Shown here piece after piece: positions 1 to 9,834 of a DNA stretch of 64,000 nt; the first letter of the stretch is position 1; every line of letters begins with the position of its first letter. A program made the position numbers and the translations under genes. The notes under the pieces were generated by a model, which searched no databases, was not told where the DNA came from, and was given only the letters and a program-made list of their open reading frames with translations. The stretch comes from Capsulimonadaceae bacterium (GTDB lineage: Bacteria; Armatimonadota; Armatimonadia; Armatimonadales; Capsulimonadaceae), in the NCBI GenBank assembly GCA_965215505.1, contig OZ244065.1, forward strand, positions 3,712,001 to 3,776,000, given 5' to 3'.

Positions 1-116
1 TCTTGCATCTTCCCCGCCAGCAGATCGGCGGCGCGCGGCGACCTCCCGACCTTCGCCCGCACCCGCGCGGCCTGGGCCTCCTCCGTTTCTTCTTTGCTCC
101 CGGTAGTCATGTGCAT
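1..116 (-). CDS. 5' part of a hypothetical gene running off the window edge
   Basis: Open frame MHMTTGSKEETEEAQAARVRAKVG... from ATG 116/110 to the edge; no recognisable motif. Confidence 0.25.
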   Translation of the reverse strand, partial: MHMTTGSKEETEEAQAARVRAKVGRSPRAADLLAGKMQ

Positions 117-203
117 CACGATTCCAGTTCCCCGATCCTTTTCCTGGCTAAAGCCAGGTCGCGCGGCTTTGTCTTCTATCACATGTTGGGGAAAGAATTG
201 CGG

Positions 204-1574
204 TCATGGGGCTGCAATCCACCCATCCAGGAGGATATCCAGGCCGCCGTCTAATAGTATACGGTCGGTTCGCTGGAAGTCAAAGAGTTCGCGCATGAGC
301 GGGTCGTTAACCAAAGGCTCGTTGAAGGCCAGAACGGCTTCGTACAGGTATCGCAGATCGTCGGCTCTGATGGCGAAGCCTTGTTCCGTCTCTGAGAAAT
401 CTCGGCCCCTTCCCCAGCGCACGTCTTTGAGGCCGTCTAGGTACTCCGCTTTCAGGAACACAGGGTCGATGTTTGCGACAAGCGCCGACCGAACCTGAAG
501 ATCGGCTTCCGTGTCGCGGTAGTACGCCCCGAACTTTAGCATCTGGTACGTCCCCTTCTTCAAGTCGTCAGTGCGTCCTAATCCTGGCTTTGTCTTATTA
601 GAGTCTATTTCGTCGCCCCATCCGTTGACGAGGTAGGTCAGGCGCTGGATACGTCCAATCCGCTGGGTCTTAGGGATGCTGTAGGCGTAATAAAGTTCAA
701 GCCACGCCGACAGATAATCCAGAAAATTATCGGCCTCCGAGAAATAGGACACTGCTTCGGTAAAAGGCCAGTCAGGCCCTATTCCCGTGCCTAAAGGGAT
801 CATCATCTCTCGGTGTGGTATGAACAGGTAGAGCGGGCGGCTATGGGTTTCGTGATCCACGAGGGAATGCTGCCTGTATTCCGTTCTCTCCCCATCATTC
901 CCTTCCGTATACATCGGCCGCTCGAGTTCGGCGGCGATGGGGAAGGTGACCAGCGGCGACGCTTTGATTTCAAACAAGACCAGCACGTCGGACCGGAATG
1001 CGATTGCATCGGTGTCGTGAGACTGCTTCTGAATTGTCGCAACGGATAAGGGGTTGTCAAGAGCCGCGCCGAGCAGTTTCAGGATGAGAACACTCGTAAT
1101 GCCCGTGATCTCACCGATGTGGTGGCTGGATGGCTTGTGCTGGGCACCAGTCAGCCGTGACTCAAGCCCTTTGTCCAGACAGCATCGGGGACACTGCTTC
1201 AAAAAAGAGTAGTATTTCCGTGGCGAGGCTTGATCGCTCCGGCTACAATAGATCCAGCGGGCGTTGACAAGGCGGTCATGGAGATAAGCCATATTGCTGA
1301 TGAGGTCAAAGACCGCCGCGCAAACAAGATTGAAGCGGCGGTCCTCTGTGACGCTCCGCATCAAAAACAGGTCGCTGGTCCATTTCTCGCTCCCGAGGCT
1401 CCGGCGGTAGCTTTGCATAAGCGTGGCCACCAATCGCGCCGCTTCTTTTGCGTTGATGTACTGAGTCGCCGAGAGGCTGACGTCCATCAGGCGCTCCAGT
1501 TCTCGAATTTTGTCCCGCGCCTGCGAGTCATCAAAGTCCGGAAAGCCAAGCATTAAGCCGTGCAAATTCATCAA
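204..1574 (-). CDS. Putative type II restriction endonuclease (PD-(D/E)xK-like)
   Basis: DTDAIAF...FEIKAS resembles the catalytic D...ExK motif; CPRC motif; start overlaps the stop of the upstream C5 methyltransferase; lower GC than flanks. Confidence 0.6.
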   Translation of the reverse strand: MMNLHGLMLGFPDFDDSQARDKIRELERLMDVSLSATQYINAKEAARLVATLMQSYRRSLGSEKWTSDLFLMRSVTEDRRFNLVCAAVFDLISNMAYLHDRLVNARWIYCSRSDQASPRKYYSFLKQCPRCCLDKGLESRLTGAQHKPSSHHIGEITGITSVLILKLLGAALDNPLSVATIQKQSHDTDAIAFRSDVLVLFEIKASPLVTFPIAAELERPMYTEGNDGERTEYRQHSLVDHETHSRPLYLFIPHREMMIPLGTGIGPDWPFTEAVSYFSEADNFLDYLSAWLELYYAYSIPKTQRIGRIQRLTYLVNGWGDEIDSNKTKPGLGRTDDLKKGTYQMLKFGAYYRDTEADLQVRSALVANIDPVFLKAEYLDGLKDVRWGRGRDFSETEQGFAIRADDLRYLYEAVLAFNEPLVNDPLMRELFDFQRTDRILLDGGLDILLDGWIAAP

Positions 1575-2833
1575 GCCGCCTCCAGCATAAGGTCCAGCGT
1601 CAGGGTTTCAGGGATGGAATAGGATATACAAACTGGAGGTGGCGGCGAGCCACCGGCTCGCAGTGTTTCGATGGAGTGCATGAACACCCAGCGAACAGCA
1701 GGAACGCAGACAGCGTCGCCAAAGCCGTGCATCTGCTCAGTCTCCCCGCCGACTAGTCGGAAGTCCGGGGCAGAACTTGGTAGGCATACACCTTGAAGCC
1801 GTGCCGCTTCCACGCCGAGGATACGGCGTACCCGCACCGCGCCCCCCTCAGTCTCCACGATGTACTGTGCGGAGGAGCCACCTTTCGGCGTTCGCAGGCA
1901 ACTCGCGAGGCTGTCAAAGCGCAGGTTGATGATCTGCTCCCGAACCCCCCTCCGGCGGAGGCGGCGCACGGCAGTCATGTGTCTGCGCTCCGGCGAACAC
2001 ATCAGGGTTTTCAGCTTCGGGCCGTGGTGTGTCTCCAAGTGGTGCCAGAAATACTCCATCTTAGTTTCATCCCACCAACGGGGGTCATCCGGTGGGAGCG
2101 TCTCTACGATGTCTTGGAGGCCGATATTGCGAACCGGAAGGGGCGGGAAGTCGAAAAACACCCAAGGCAAATGCGGATTCCGCTGATAGACTTCTCTCAC
2201 CTTGTAGCGACGGATGTGAGCCATCGGAATGTTTTGGGGGCGGGGGAACCGGTCACGGCCCAGAACAGCGATGATGAAGACCCGATTACGGGTCTGCGGC
2301 AGGAAGTGACTGGCGTCTACCTGTACTAGATCAAAGCAGTAGCCGAGGTCAGCGATGCGGTGCAACAACTGGTCAATGGATTTCCCCTCGTGTAGCGAGA
2401 GAAGACCCGGTACGTTTTCCAGAAACAGAAACTCAGGCGCATTATCAAGCCGGTGCAGATCAGCAATCCGGTCTAGAAAACCCCAAACGACGCCGCTCTC
2501 ATCCCCATTAATCCCTTCTCTGCCCCCTGCTTGACTCAGATCAATGCACGGGAAAGAGGCTGTGGCGACTTGAACAGGACCAACCCCAGAGACATCCAGC
2601 AAGCGAACATCTTCACCGCTGAGGGGTGTGTCGGGAAAGTTGGCGCGGTATGAAGCCGCCTTCTTCACGCTGTTGTCATTCGCCAGCACGACCCGCCAGC
2701 CGAGCGGACGCAGGGCCTCATGGATGAGGCCGATGCCGGAGAAAAACTCCACAACATTCAGCGGCTTCTTGTGGCGATACTGGCTAGCCGAGTCGAGGGT
2801 ATGGTAGCCTCCCGGCTGCGTCAAGGGACTCAT
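1571..2833 (-). CDS. DNA (cytosine-5)-methyltransferase
   Basis: Motifs FFSGIG (I), SFPC (IV), ENV (VI), QTRNRVF (VIII), GDAV (X); ATG 2833 chosen because TATAAT lies 6 nt upstream. Confidence 0.92.
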   Translation of the reverse strand: MSPLTQPGGYHTLDSASQYRHKKPLNVVEFFSGIGLIHEALRPLGWRVVLANDNSVKKAASYRANFPDTPLSGEDVRLLDVSGVGPVQVATASFPCIDLSQAGGREGINGDESGVVWGFLDRIADLHRLDNAPEFLFLENVPGLLSLHEGKSIDQLLHRIADLGYCFDLVQVDASHFLPQTRNRVFIIAVLGRDRFPRPQNIPMAHIRRYKVREVYQRNPHLPWVFFDFPPLPVRNIGLQDIVETLPPDDPRWWDETKMEYFWHHLETHHGPKLKTLMCSPERRHMTAVRRLRRRGVREQIINLRFDSLASCLRTPKGGSSAQYIVETEGGAVRVRRILGVEAARLQGVCLPSSAPDFRLVGGETEQMHGFGDAVCVPAVRWVFMHSIETLRAGGSPPPPVCISYSIPETLTLDLMLEAA

Positions 2834-2949
2834 CGGCTGATTATACCGCAAGCGGCCACCCGCCGTCAGGTTTTGACCGCTGGCACAGCCAAAAACATGA
2901 CGTTGGGCCGATATGAGGGCGTCCCAGCCCTGAAGGGCTGGGACGCCCC

Positions 2950-4548
2950 TCACCCCAGCAGCGGCGGGACTTCGGGCGAGATCGCCACTTCCAGCACGGT
3001 CGGCCCCGCCGCGGCCATCCCCGACTGCAAAGCTTCCATCAAATCCCCCGGCTGCTCCACGCGGCGGGCGTCGCAGCCGTAGCCCTTTGCCAGCGTGACG
3101 ATGTCCAGACCCGGCAGGTCCAGGCCGGGGATGCCGGTCGTCTTCTCCTCCTCGGCGAACGACTTCAGGATGGCGTACTCGCGGTTGTCGGGCACGATAA
3201 CGAGTATCGGTAGCCGGTGCTGGGCGGCGGTGTAGAGCGCCTGGATGGAGTACTGGAAGGAGCCGTCGCCGATGACCGCGACCACGGGCCGGTTCCGGCC
3301 CGTTTGCCGCTCGGCCAGGGCGATACCGACCGAAGCGGGCAGGCCGAAGCCCAGCCCGCCGCTCGCCATGCTGTAATAGGAATTGGGCTTTGTCGCGGGC
3401 AGACGCATGTGCATCGGCTTCATGTTGGAGGGGGACTCCTGCACCAGAACCGCACCCTCGGGCCTGGCCCCGGCCAGGGCGTGGAACAGGAAGTCGGCGG
3501 TCATCGGGGTCGTCTGCTCGGGGGCTGACTGGGCCGGGCGCGGGGTCGGCAGGGGCCGGTCCGAGGCCGTGACCGCGTCGGCCAGCATCGCGCAGGCCAG
3601 GGCAGCGTCGCCCAAAATGGCGTCGCCGACCGGAGCGCGGGCGGCCTCGTTCGGGTCGTCGGTGAAATGGATCAGCCGCGTCCCGCTGGGCAGGAACTCG
3701 CCCGGCACATAGGGGTAGTAGCGGAACACGGGGGCACCGACGACCAGGACGACGTCATGGCCCTTCAGCTTCTCCCCCAGCGGCCCGATGGCGAAGGGCA
3801 GGGTGCCCATGAACTGCGGGTGGTCCTCGGGGAACCCGGCCCGTTCGGCGGCGGGCGGCGAGTAGACCGGCGCGCGCAGCTTCTCGGCCAGCGTGACTGC
3901 CGCCTCCCAGCCGCCGCTGCGGTCCACGCCCGGCCCGAAGACGAGGGCCGGGTTCCGAGCGCCCGACAGCAGGGCGGCGGCGTCTTTCAAGGCGTCCGGG
4001 TCGGGCGCGGTCCGGCGGCTGACCGTGCGGACGGCGGTTTCTCGCTCAATGGGCTTCTCCCAGTCGTCCATCGGCAGCGACAAAAAGACCGGCCCCATCG
4101 GCGGCTGGAGGGCGGCGGCATACGCGCGCATCAGCGCGCCGGGCGCGTCCTCGGCGCGGGCCGTCTCGTAGCTCCACTTGACATACGGCTTCGGCAGCTC
4201 GGTCGCGTCGATGTTCGTCAGCCACGGCTCCAGCAGCAGCATCTCGCGCGTCTGCTGGCCCGCCGTGACGATCAAAGGCGTCTTGTTGTGCCACGCCCCG
4301 ATCAAGGCCCCCATGGCGTTGCCGACGCCCGGCGCGGTGTGCAGGTTGACGAGGGCGGGCCGGCCCGTCGCCTGCGCGTAGCCGTCGGCCATCGCCAAAA
4401 CGCTGGCTTCCTGCAAGCCCAGCACATAGGTGAAGTCGGCGGGGAAGTCCTGGAGGAACGTCTCCTCGGTCGAGCCGGGGTTGCCGAAGATGGTGGTCAG
4501 GCCCAGGGCGCGCAGCAGCCGGTAGGTTTCGTCGCGGACGGTGGTCAT
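2950..4548 (-). CDS. mdlC: Benzoylformate decarboxylase (ThDP-dependent)
   Basis: N-terminal FGNPGSTE...LGLQEASVLAMADGYAQA and ThDP-binding GDGS...N motif typical of MdlC. Confidence 0.85.
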   Translation of the reverse strand: MTTVRDETYRLLRALGLTTIFGNPGSTEETFLQDFPADFTYVLGLQEASVLAMADGYAQATGRPALVNLHTAPGVGNAMGALIGAWHNKTPLIVTAGQQTREMLLLEPWLTNIDATELPKPYVKWSYETARAEDAPGALMRAYAAALQPPMGPVFLSLPMDDWEKPIERETAVRTVSRRTAPDPDALKDAAALLSGARNPALVFGPGVDRSGGWEAAVTLAEKLRAPVYSPPAAERAGFPEDHPQFMGTLPFAIGPLGEKLKGHDVVLVVGAPVFRYYPYVPGEFLPSGTRLIHFTDDPNEAARAPVGDAILGDAALACAMLADAVTASDRPLPTPRPAQSAPEQTTPMTADFLFHALAGARPEGAVLVQESPSNMKPMHMRLPATKPNSYYSMASGGLGFGLPASVGIALAERQTGRNRPVVAVIGDGSFQYSIQALYTAAQHRLPILVIVPDNREYAILKSFAEEEKTTGIPGLDLPGLDIVTLAKGYGCDARRVEQPGDLMEALQSGMAAAGPTVLEVAISPEVPPLLG

Positions 4549-4683
4549 GGTGCTTGTCCTTCGTCGTCAGGGTAGTGCCGAAATGCTCTCGGGCGGCGAA
4601 GGCCGCCCCGCTGCCGTTGTACCCAGATTTCGCGACGAGGGATGAGACGCACGACCTTCGGCCCACATTCCCGCCCGCCCCGT

Positions 4684-4708
4684 GTAGGGGCGCGATTCAT
4701 CGCGCCCT
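4684..4708 (+). repeat. GTAG-type REP palindrome
   Basis: GTAGGGGCGCGAT-TC-ATCGCGCCCT hairpin in an intergenic region. Confidence 0.7.
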
Positions 4709-4825
4709 CCTTTTTGTCCTGTCCCTGGCCGCGCCCGCAGTGGAGGTGGAGGGAAAGGAGGCGAGGGGAAAGAGGGAAGGCGCGGCAGGCAGGACAATCC
4801 CTCGGGGCCGTTGAACAGCCTTCCC

Positions 4826-6537
4826 ATGAACAGCCTCTACTACGGAGACAACCTGGAAGTCCTGCGGAAATACATCAAGGACGAAACGGTAGACCTCGTT
4901 TACATCGATCCCCTTTCAACTCCAAGCGCAACTACAATCAGATCTACAACAACGTCGGGACGGAGGACCGGGCGCAGGCGCAGGCGTTCGTGGACACCTG
5001 GACCTGGGACGACCACGCCGTCGAGGGTTTCTCGCAAATCCTTTCCAATGACGGGGCGCGGCTCACGGCACAGACGATTGAACTCATCAAGGGCCTGCAC
5101 GCCGTCCTGGGCAAAGGGAGCCTGCTGGCCTATCTCGTGAGTATGACTCTGTGCATCGCAGAGATTCACCGCGTCCTGAAGCCCACCGGCTCCTTCTATC
5201 TGCACTGCGACCCGACGGCGAGCCATTACCTAAAACTCGTGCTGGACACGGTGTTTGTCACGCAGGGTGGGGATTACCGGAATGAGATCGTTTGGAAGCG
5301 CGCCGACGCCCACAATGACGCCAAGCGGCAATTCGGCTACATCAGCGACCGCGTTTTCTTCTACACGAAGGGAAGCGCCTACACCTTCCACAAGCAGCAC
5401 GACGGCTTTCAAGCGAAGACCTTGGAAGACTGGTATCAGTACGTCGAGCTGCCCGACGGCACCACGCGCCGCATGAGCAGGTCGGAAAAAGACACGCAGG
5501 TCGTCCCGGAAGGCGCGCGGCGCTTCAACACGGATAACCTACGCAGCCCCAACCCGCGCCCGAATCTGACCTATGACTACAAAGGCTTCAAGCCGCATCA
5601 TAACGGCTGGGCCGTCTCGCGCGAAAAGATGGAAGAGTTGGACGCGCAGGGGCTTCTGCTGTTTCCCGCGACTCCCGGCGGGCGCATCATGCGGAAGAAG
5701 TACCTGGACGAGAGTTCGGGGGCGGTCGCGGGCGATGTGTGGGGGGACATCAGCCAACTGCGCGGCGCGACGGCGGAAAAGCTGGGCTACCCGACGCAGA
5801 AGCCGGAGGCGCTCCTGGAGCGCATCATCCGCGCCAGCACCAACGAGGGGGACACCGTGCTGGACGCCTACTGCGGCTGCGGGACCACCATCGCCGTCGC
5901 CCAGAAATTGGGCCGCCCCTGGATCGGCATGGACATCACCTACCAGTCCATTTCGGTCATCCTCCGACGCCTGGAAGCGCAGTTCGGGAAGGCCGCTTTG
6001 GAGAGCGTCACCCTCAGCGGCATCCCGCGCGACATGGCCTCCGCCGTCGCCCTCGCCAACAAGAAGGACGACCGGGTCCGCAAAGAGTTCGAGAAGTGGG
6101 CCATCCTGACCTACAGCAACAACCGCGCCATCATCAACCAGAAGAAGGGCGCGGACGCCGGGGTGGACGGGGTGGCCTACTTCCAGACGGGGTACGAGGA
6201 CAACGCCAAGATCATCTTCCAGGTCAAGTCGGGCGGCGTCGGGCGCGGCGACATCGCCAAGCTGCACGGCGACATGCGGCGCGAAGGCGCGGCCCTGGCG
6301 GTCTTCCTCACCTTGGAGCAGCCCACCGCCCCCATGAAGGCGGAAGCCAAAGGCGTCGGCACCTACTATCACGACCTGATGGGCCGCAACTACGACAAAA
6401 TCCAGATCGTGACCGTCCAGGAGATCGTCGAGCGGGGGGAGCGCCTGGAGATCCCCATGAGCCTGGAAGTCCTGAAAAAAGCGCAGGCGGTCACGCCGCA
6501 GGAGGAGCACCCGCAGCTTTTTTCCGCTGAAGGCTGA
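4826..6537 (+). pseudogene. N6/N4 DNA methyltransferase fused to a C-terminal Mrr-like restriction endonuclease domain, frameshifted at about 4910
   Basis: MNSLYYGDNL...YIDP in one frame continues as PFNSKRNY in the -1 frame; YPTQKPEALLERII, DAYCGCGTT and C-terminal DAGVDG...QVKSG; one C is missing from GAT CCC CCT TTC. Confidence 0.8.
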
Positions 6538-6927
6538 TGCTGTCTGCTTTGAGTTAGAGTTCTACCTTCTTCTTGAGGGAGGATGAAGCAAGTGAGCCTA
6601 ATGCGCTCCCGATCTTCCGAGGGAGCCACCAAACCTCTACGTTAGAGTGATCGCGGCAGCGTTTTTTCAGGCTACTGTAAACCTCAATACGCTCCGCAAT
6701 ACTATATTGGGGGCTTTTGATTATCTCTTCGCAAGCATCTTCCATGATCGACGTTCCGATGTCCTTGATGGATCGGATGTGGTTTTCCAACAACTCTTGT
6801 AGTGGGACAACGGCTAGGATGTTTCTACTGTGTCCTAGCCCGAACACAGCCGCCTCTGCTGTGTCCGTGTCACCACCCTTTGCTGCCTCGATTAGCAACA
6901 GCACCCCATCATCGCCCATCTCCGCTA

Positions 6928-8119
6928 GTAGCCTAACCTGGTAGAATGGATGAGTCTGAGGAGGCTTATCCGATGTCCGCGAAGAAATATCATGTGTCTC
7001 TGGCCGAGGCCGAGCGCGCCGAGCTTCTGCGCCTGAGCAAGTCCCAGCGCCACTCCGAGCGCGAGCGCAAACGCGCCCGCATCCTGTTGCTGGCCGACGA
7101 AGCCAAAGAAGGCGGCGCGGACAAAGATGCCGCCATCGCCCAGCAGGTCAAGGTCGCCCCGCTCACCGTCACCCGCGTCCGTCAACGCTTCTCCGAGCGC
7201 GGCCTGCACAAAGGTCTGGCCCATAAAGAACAAGAAACGCGCAAAGCCCGCGTCCTCGACGGAGAAGCCGAAGCCTTTCTGGTCGCCACCACATGCAGTA
7301 CGCCGCCCGAGGGCCACAAGCGCTGGAGCCTGCGCCTGCTGAGGGACGCGCTCATCGAGCAGCAGATCGTGGACGCCATCGGCAAAGAGACCGTGCGCCA
7401 GGCGCTAAAAAAAATGAACTCAAGCCGTGGCTAAAGAAATGCTGGTGCATCCCGCCCGAGCAGAATGCCGAGTTCGTCTTCCGCATGGAAGATGTGCTCT
7501 CGGTCTACCAGAGGCCGCAGGACGAGAAGCGTCCCCTGGTCTGTCTGGACGAGGCCAGCAAGCAGCTCTTGTCTGACGCGCGGCCTGCGCTCCCGATGAC
7601 GGCGGGGCAGCCCGCCCGCCAGGACAGCGAATATGTGCGGAACGGGACGGCCAGTTTGTTCATGGTCTCTGAGCCGCTGGCGGGCAAGCGGCACGTCCAT
7701 GTGACCGCCCAGCGCACCTGCCAGGACTTCGCCCGCGTCATCCTGCATCTGGTGGATGTGCTGCATCCTGACGCGGAGAAGATCGTTCTGGTCATGGACA
7801 ACCTGAACACGCATACGCCCGCCAGCTTATACCGCGCCTTTCTGCCTGCGGAGGCCAAGCGGCTGGCCGACAGACTTGAGGTGCATTACACGCCCAAGCA
7901 CGGCTCGTGGCTGAACATGGCCGAGATCGAGTTGTCCGTCTTGGCGCGGCAGTGTTTGTCTGAGCGCTTGGGCGACCAAGAGAACCTGCAAAGGCAAGTG
8001 GCGGCTTGGCAAGGTAGGCGCAACGCGAGTGCCGCCAAGATTGACTGGCGGTTCACGACGGAAGACGCCCGCATCAAACTGAAGCGGCTCTACCCCACTA
8101 TCCTACCAGGTTAGACTAC
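6928..8119 (+). mobile_element. IS630-family insertion sequence
   Basis: About 20-bp imperfect TIRs (GTAGCCTAACCTGGTAGAAT / GTAGTCTAACCTGGTAGGAT), TA duplication within CTAG, two-ORF transposase. Confidence 0.93.
6946..8114 (+). CDS. IS630 transposase; OrfA (HTH) and OrfB (DDE) joined by a -1 frameshift
   Basis: A8 run at 7407-7414 in the ORF overlap; CLDE, MDNLNTH and SWLNMAEIE motifs. Confidence 0.9.
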
Positions 8120-8873
8120 TAGTGCAGCGGCGGCATAGATACTTATGGCTCTGTCACCTCCTATCTTTGCGACAAGTGGGACGATTGCTCTTGTGTCACC
8201 GATCCACCCAAGTACCTCTGCTGCGCTTGTGCATATATCCGTGTCGGGATTATCTAAGGCCGCAAGTAAAGGCTCTACCGCAGGCCCCCCTATGTCGGCT
8301 AACTTGCGCTTCACTGTCCGTGCGTCGGAAAATATTTTACTGTCCAAATGCTTGATGGCTTCAAGCAAGTCCATCTGCGCTTCAGGTTTCGGAGAAATCC
8401 ACTTCGTAAAACCAGTCCAGCTAGCTACCATCTTGTCAAAAATGGTATCCAGAGTAACCCCGTTATAGACCAGAAGCCTGCTGACGTTGAAGGCAGCTAG
8501 GAAACACTCGAAAACAAAATTAGCACCGTTCGGAAACCCCTTCAAGCGGTACGTGACAAGCGCTGCAAAAACATACCACGAGATGAACCCCAAGTAGAAT
8601 AGGTTAGTTACCGTCCTCCAAATGAGGTAGCCGGTTCCAGATTTTGTCAATACGGTCTTCAACCGCCCTTGCGCCTCTGCGGATTTTTGTAGGATAATCC
8701 CACCTAAGATAGCGCCAAGGGTAGCGACAATCAATACGCCAGCCAGTGTGGAAATGAAGAAGTTGTTTATCATAATGAAATCAGCCCATACCTTTCTGAT
8801 GTCATTAGTATAGCATAAACCATATCAGTCAGGCGGAATCTGATCCGATTTTGCATGGGTCAGGATACAGGCT

Positions 8874-9149
8874 TTGAGACACACTCCGACGTTAGAACAT
8901 CAACCCCTTGTAGATACGCGACGCGCATTCACCAGGTACAATTCACCGGTGGATACCGACCAACCGTGGCTCTTCTGGCCCTTGACCTCTGACTCGCGCC
9001 GTGTGCCCATCCAGGTGGTACTCGTCAAGTTCTTCGGCACGCACGCCGAGTACGACAAGATTGACGCCCTGACGGTTGGCATGCCGCAGCCGAAGTCTGG
9101 AACGGAGCGGGCAAAGCCGCAGGCGGAAGAGGAGGAGGAAGATTTATGA
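8874..9149 (+). pseudogene. HigB-type toxin remnant (C-terminal part only)
   Basis: VVLVKFFGTHAEYDKIDA matches the HigB C-terminal signature; the N-terminal part is not recognisable. Confidence 0.55.
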
Positions 9150-9499
9150 GCATCAAACCGATCAGGTCCGACGCGGACTACGACGCTGCGCTTGAGGAAA
9201 TCGAGCGCCTATTCGCCTCGGAGCCTGGCACGGAGGATGCGGACCGCCTCGAAGTCTTGCTGGTTCTCGCGCAGGACTATCAGGGGCGACGCTTTCCCGT
9301 TGGGCCGCCCGACATGCAATCGGCCATCATGTACGAGCTGGACAAGCGCGGCCTCGCGCGCGGGGCGATGACCACTCGTGAGGGTGTGGAAATGCACGCC
9401 GTCGGCGATACCCGCCAGGGCGTGCAGACTTCCGTTGTCAACGTCGGCAGTGTTGAAACGGGGCGGAAAACGGGGGCCGCTCAACGGTCCAGGACATGA
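9146..9499 (+). CDS. HigA-type antitoxin, HTH apparently degenerate
   Basis: MSIKPIRSDADYDAALEEIERLF...GTEDADRLEVL...PPD is a typical HigA N-terminus; similarity fades after KRGL. Confidence 0.6.
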   Translation: MSIKPIRSDADYDAALEEIERLFASEPGTEDADRLEVLLVLAQDYQGRRFPVGPPDMQSAIMYELDKRGLARGAMTTREGVEMHAVGDTRQGVQTSVVNVGSVETGRKTGAAQRSRT

Positions 9500-9708
9500 C
9501 TTTGAAGGGAGAGGTGGATTGCGTCTTTTTCTTCCTCCGTGAGCGTCGCCTGAAAAGCCCTGATGCCATCCAAGTAGGACGGCCCGCCTTCCACCCATCG
9601 CGACTTAATGCCGACCTTGTCCCGTTGAATCTTCGCGTCTGCCGCGCGCGGCCGTGCCGTCTTCTTTCCACATCGCTGACAGCCGCCTAGGCTTTTGTGT
9701 AATGCCAT
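9481..9708 (-). CDS. Small hypothetical protein with CxxC
   Basis: AGGAG upstream of ATG 9708; MALHKSLGGCQRCG... 75 aa. Confidence 0.4.
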   Translation of the reverse strand: MALHKSLGGCQRCGKKTARPRAADAKIQRDKVGIKSRWVEGGPSYLDGIRAFQATLTEEEKDAIHLSLQSHVLDR

Positions 9709-9834
9709 TGAACTCTCCTGCCCCCATGTTACCATAATCTCATCCGTTCGTTCAGAGCGCAACGGGTTTGAAGCCGTGGCAAGACCTGCGCCCTCATAGT
9801 CACGTCCGGCCCATTCCGCAGGTACAATGTTCTC

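Larger units (their letters stand above)
6554..8773 (-). pseudogene. Membrane-anchored HEAT/PBS-repeat protein interrupted by IS630
   Basis: Removing 6928-8119 plus one TA joins ...YAAAAL to AEMGDDG... in frame (341 aa); N-terminal TM helices; HEAT-like AAEVLGWIGDTRAIVPLV. Confidence 0.8.

Noticed and set aside
4642-4825. N-terminal extension of the 631-aa methyltransferase ORF
   Set aside because: It runs through a REP; the true N-terminus is in another frame from ATG 4826
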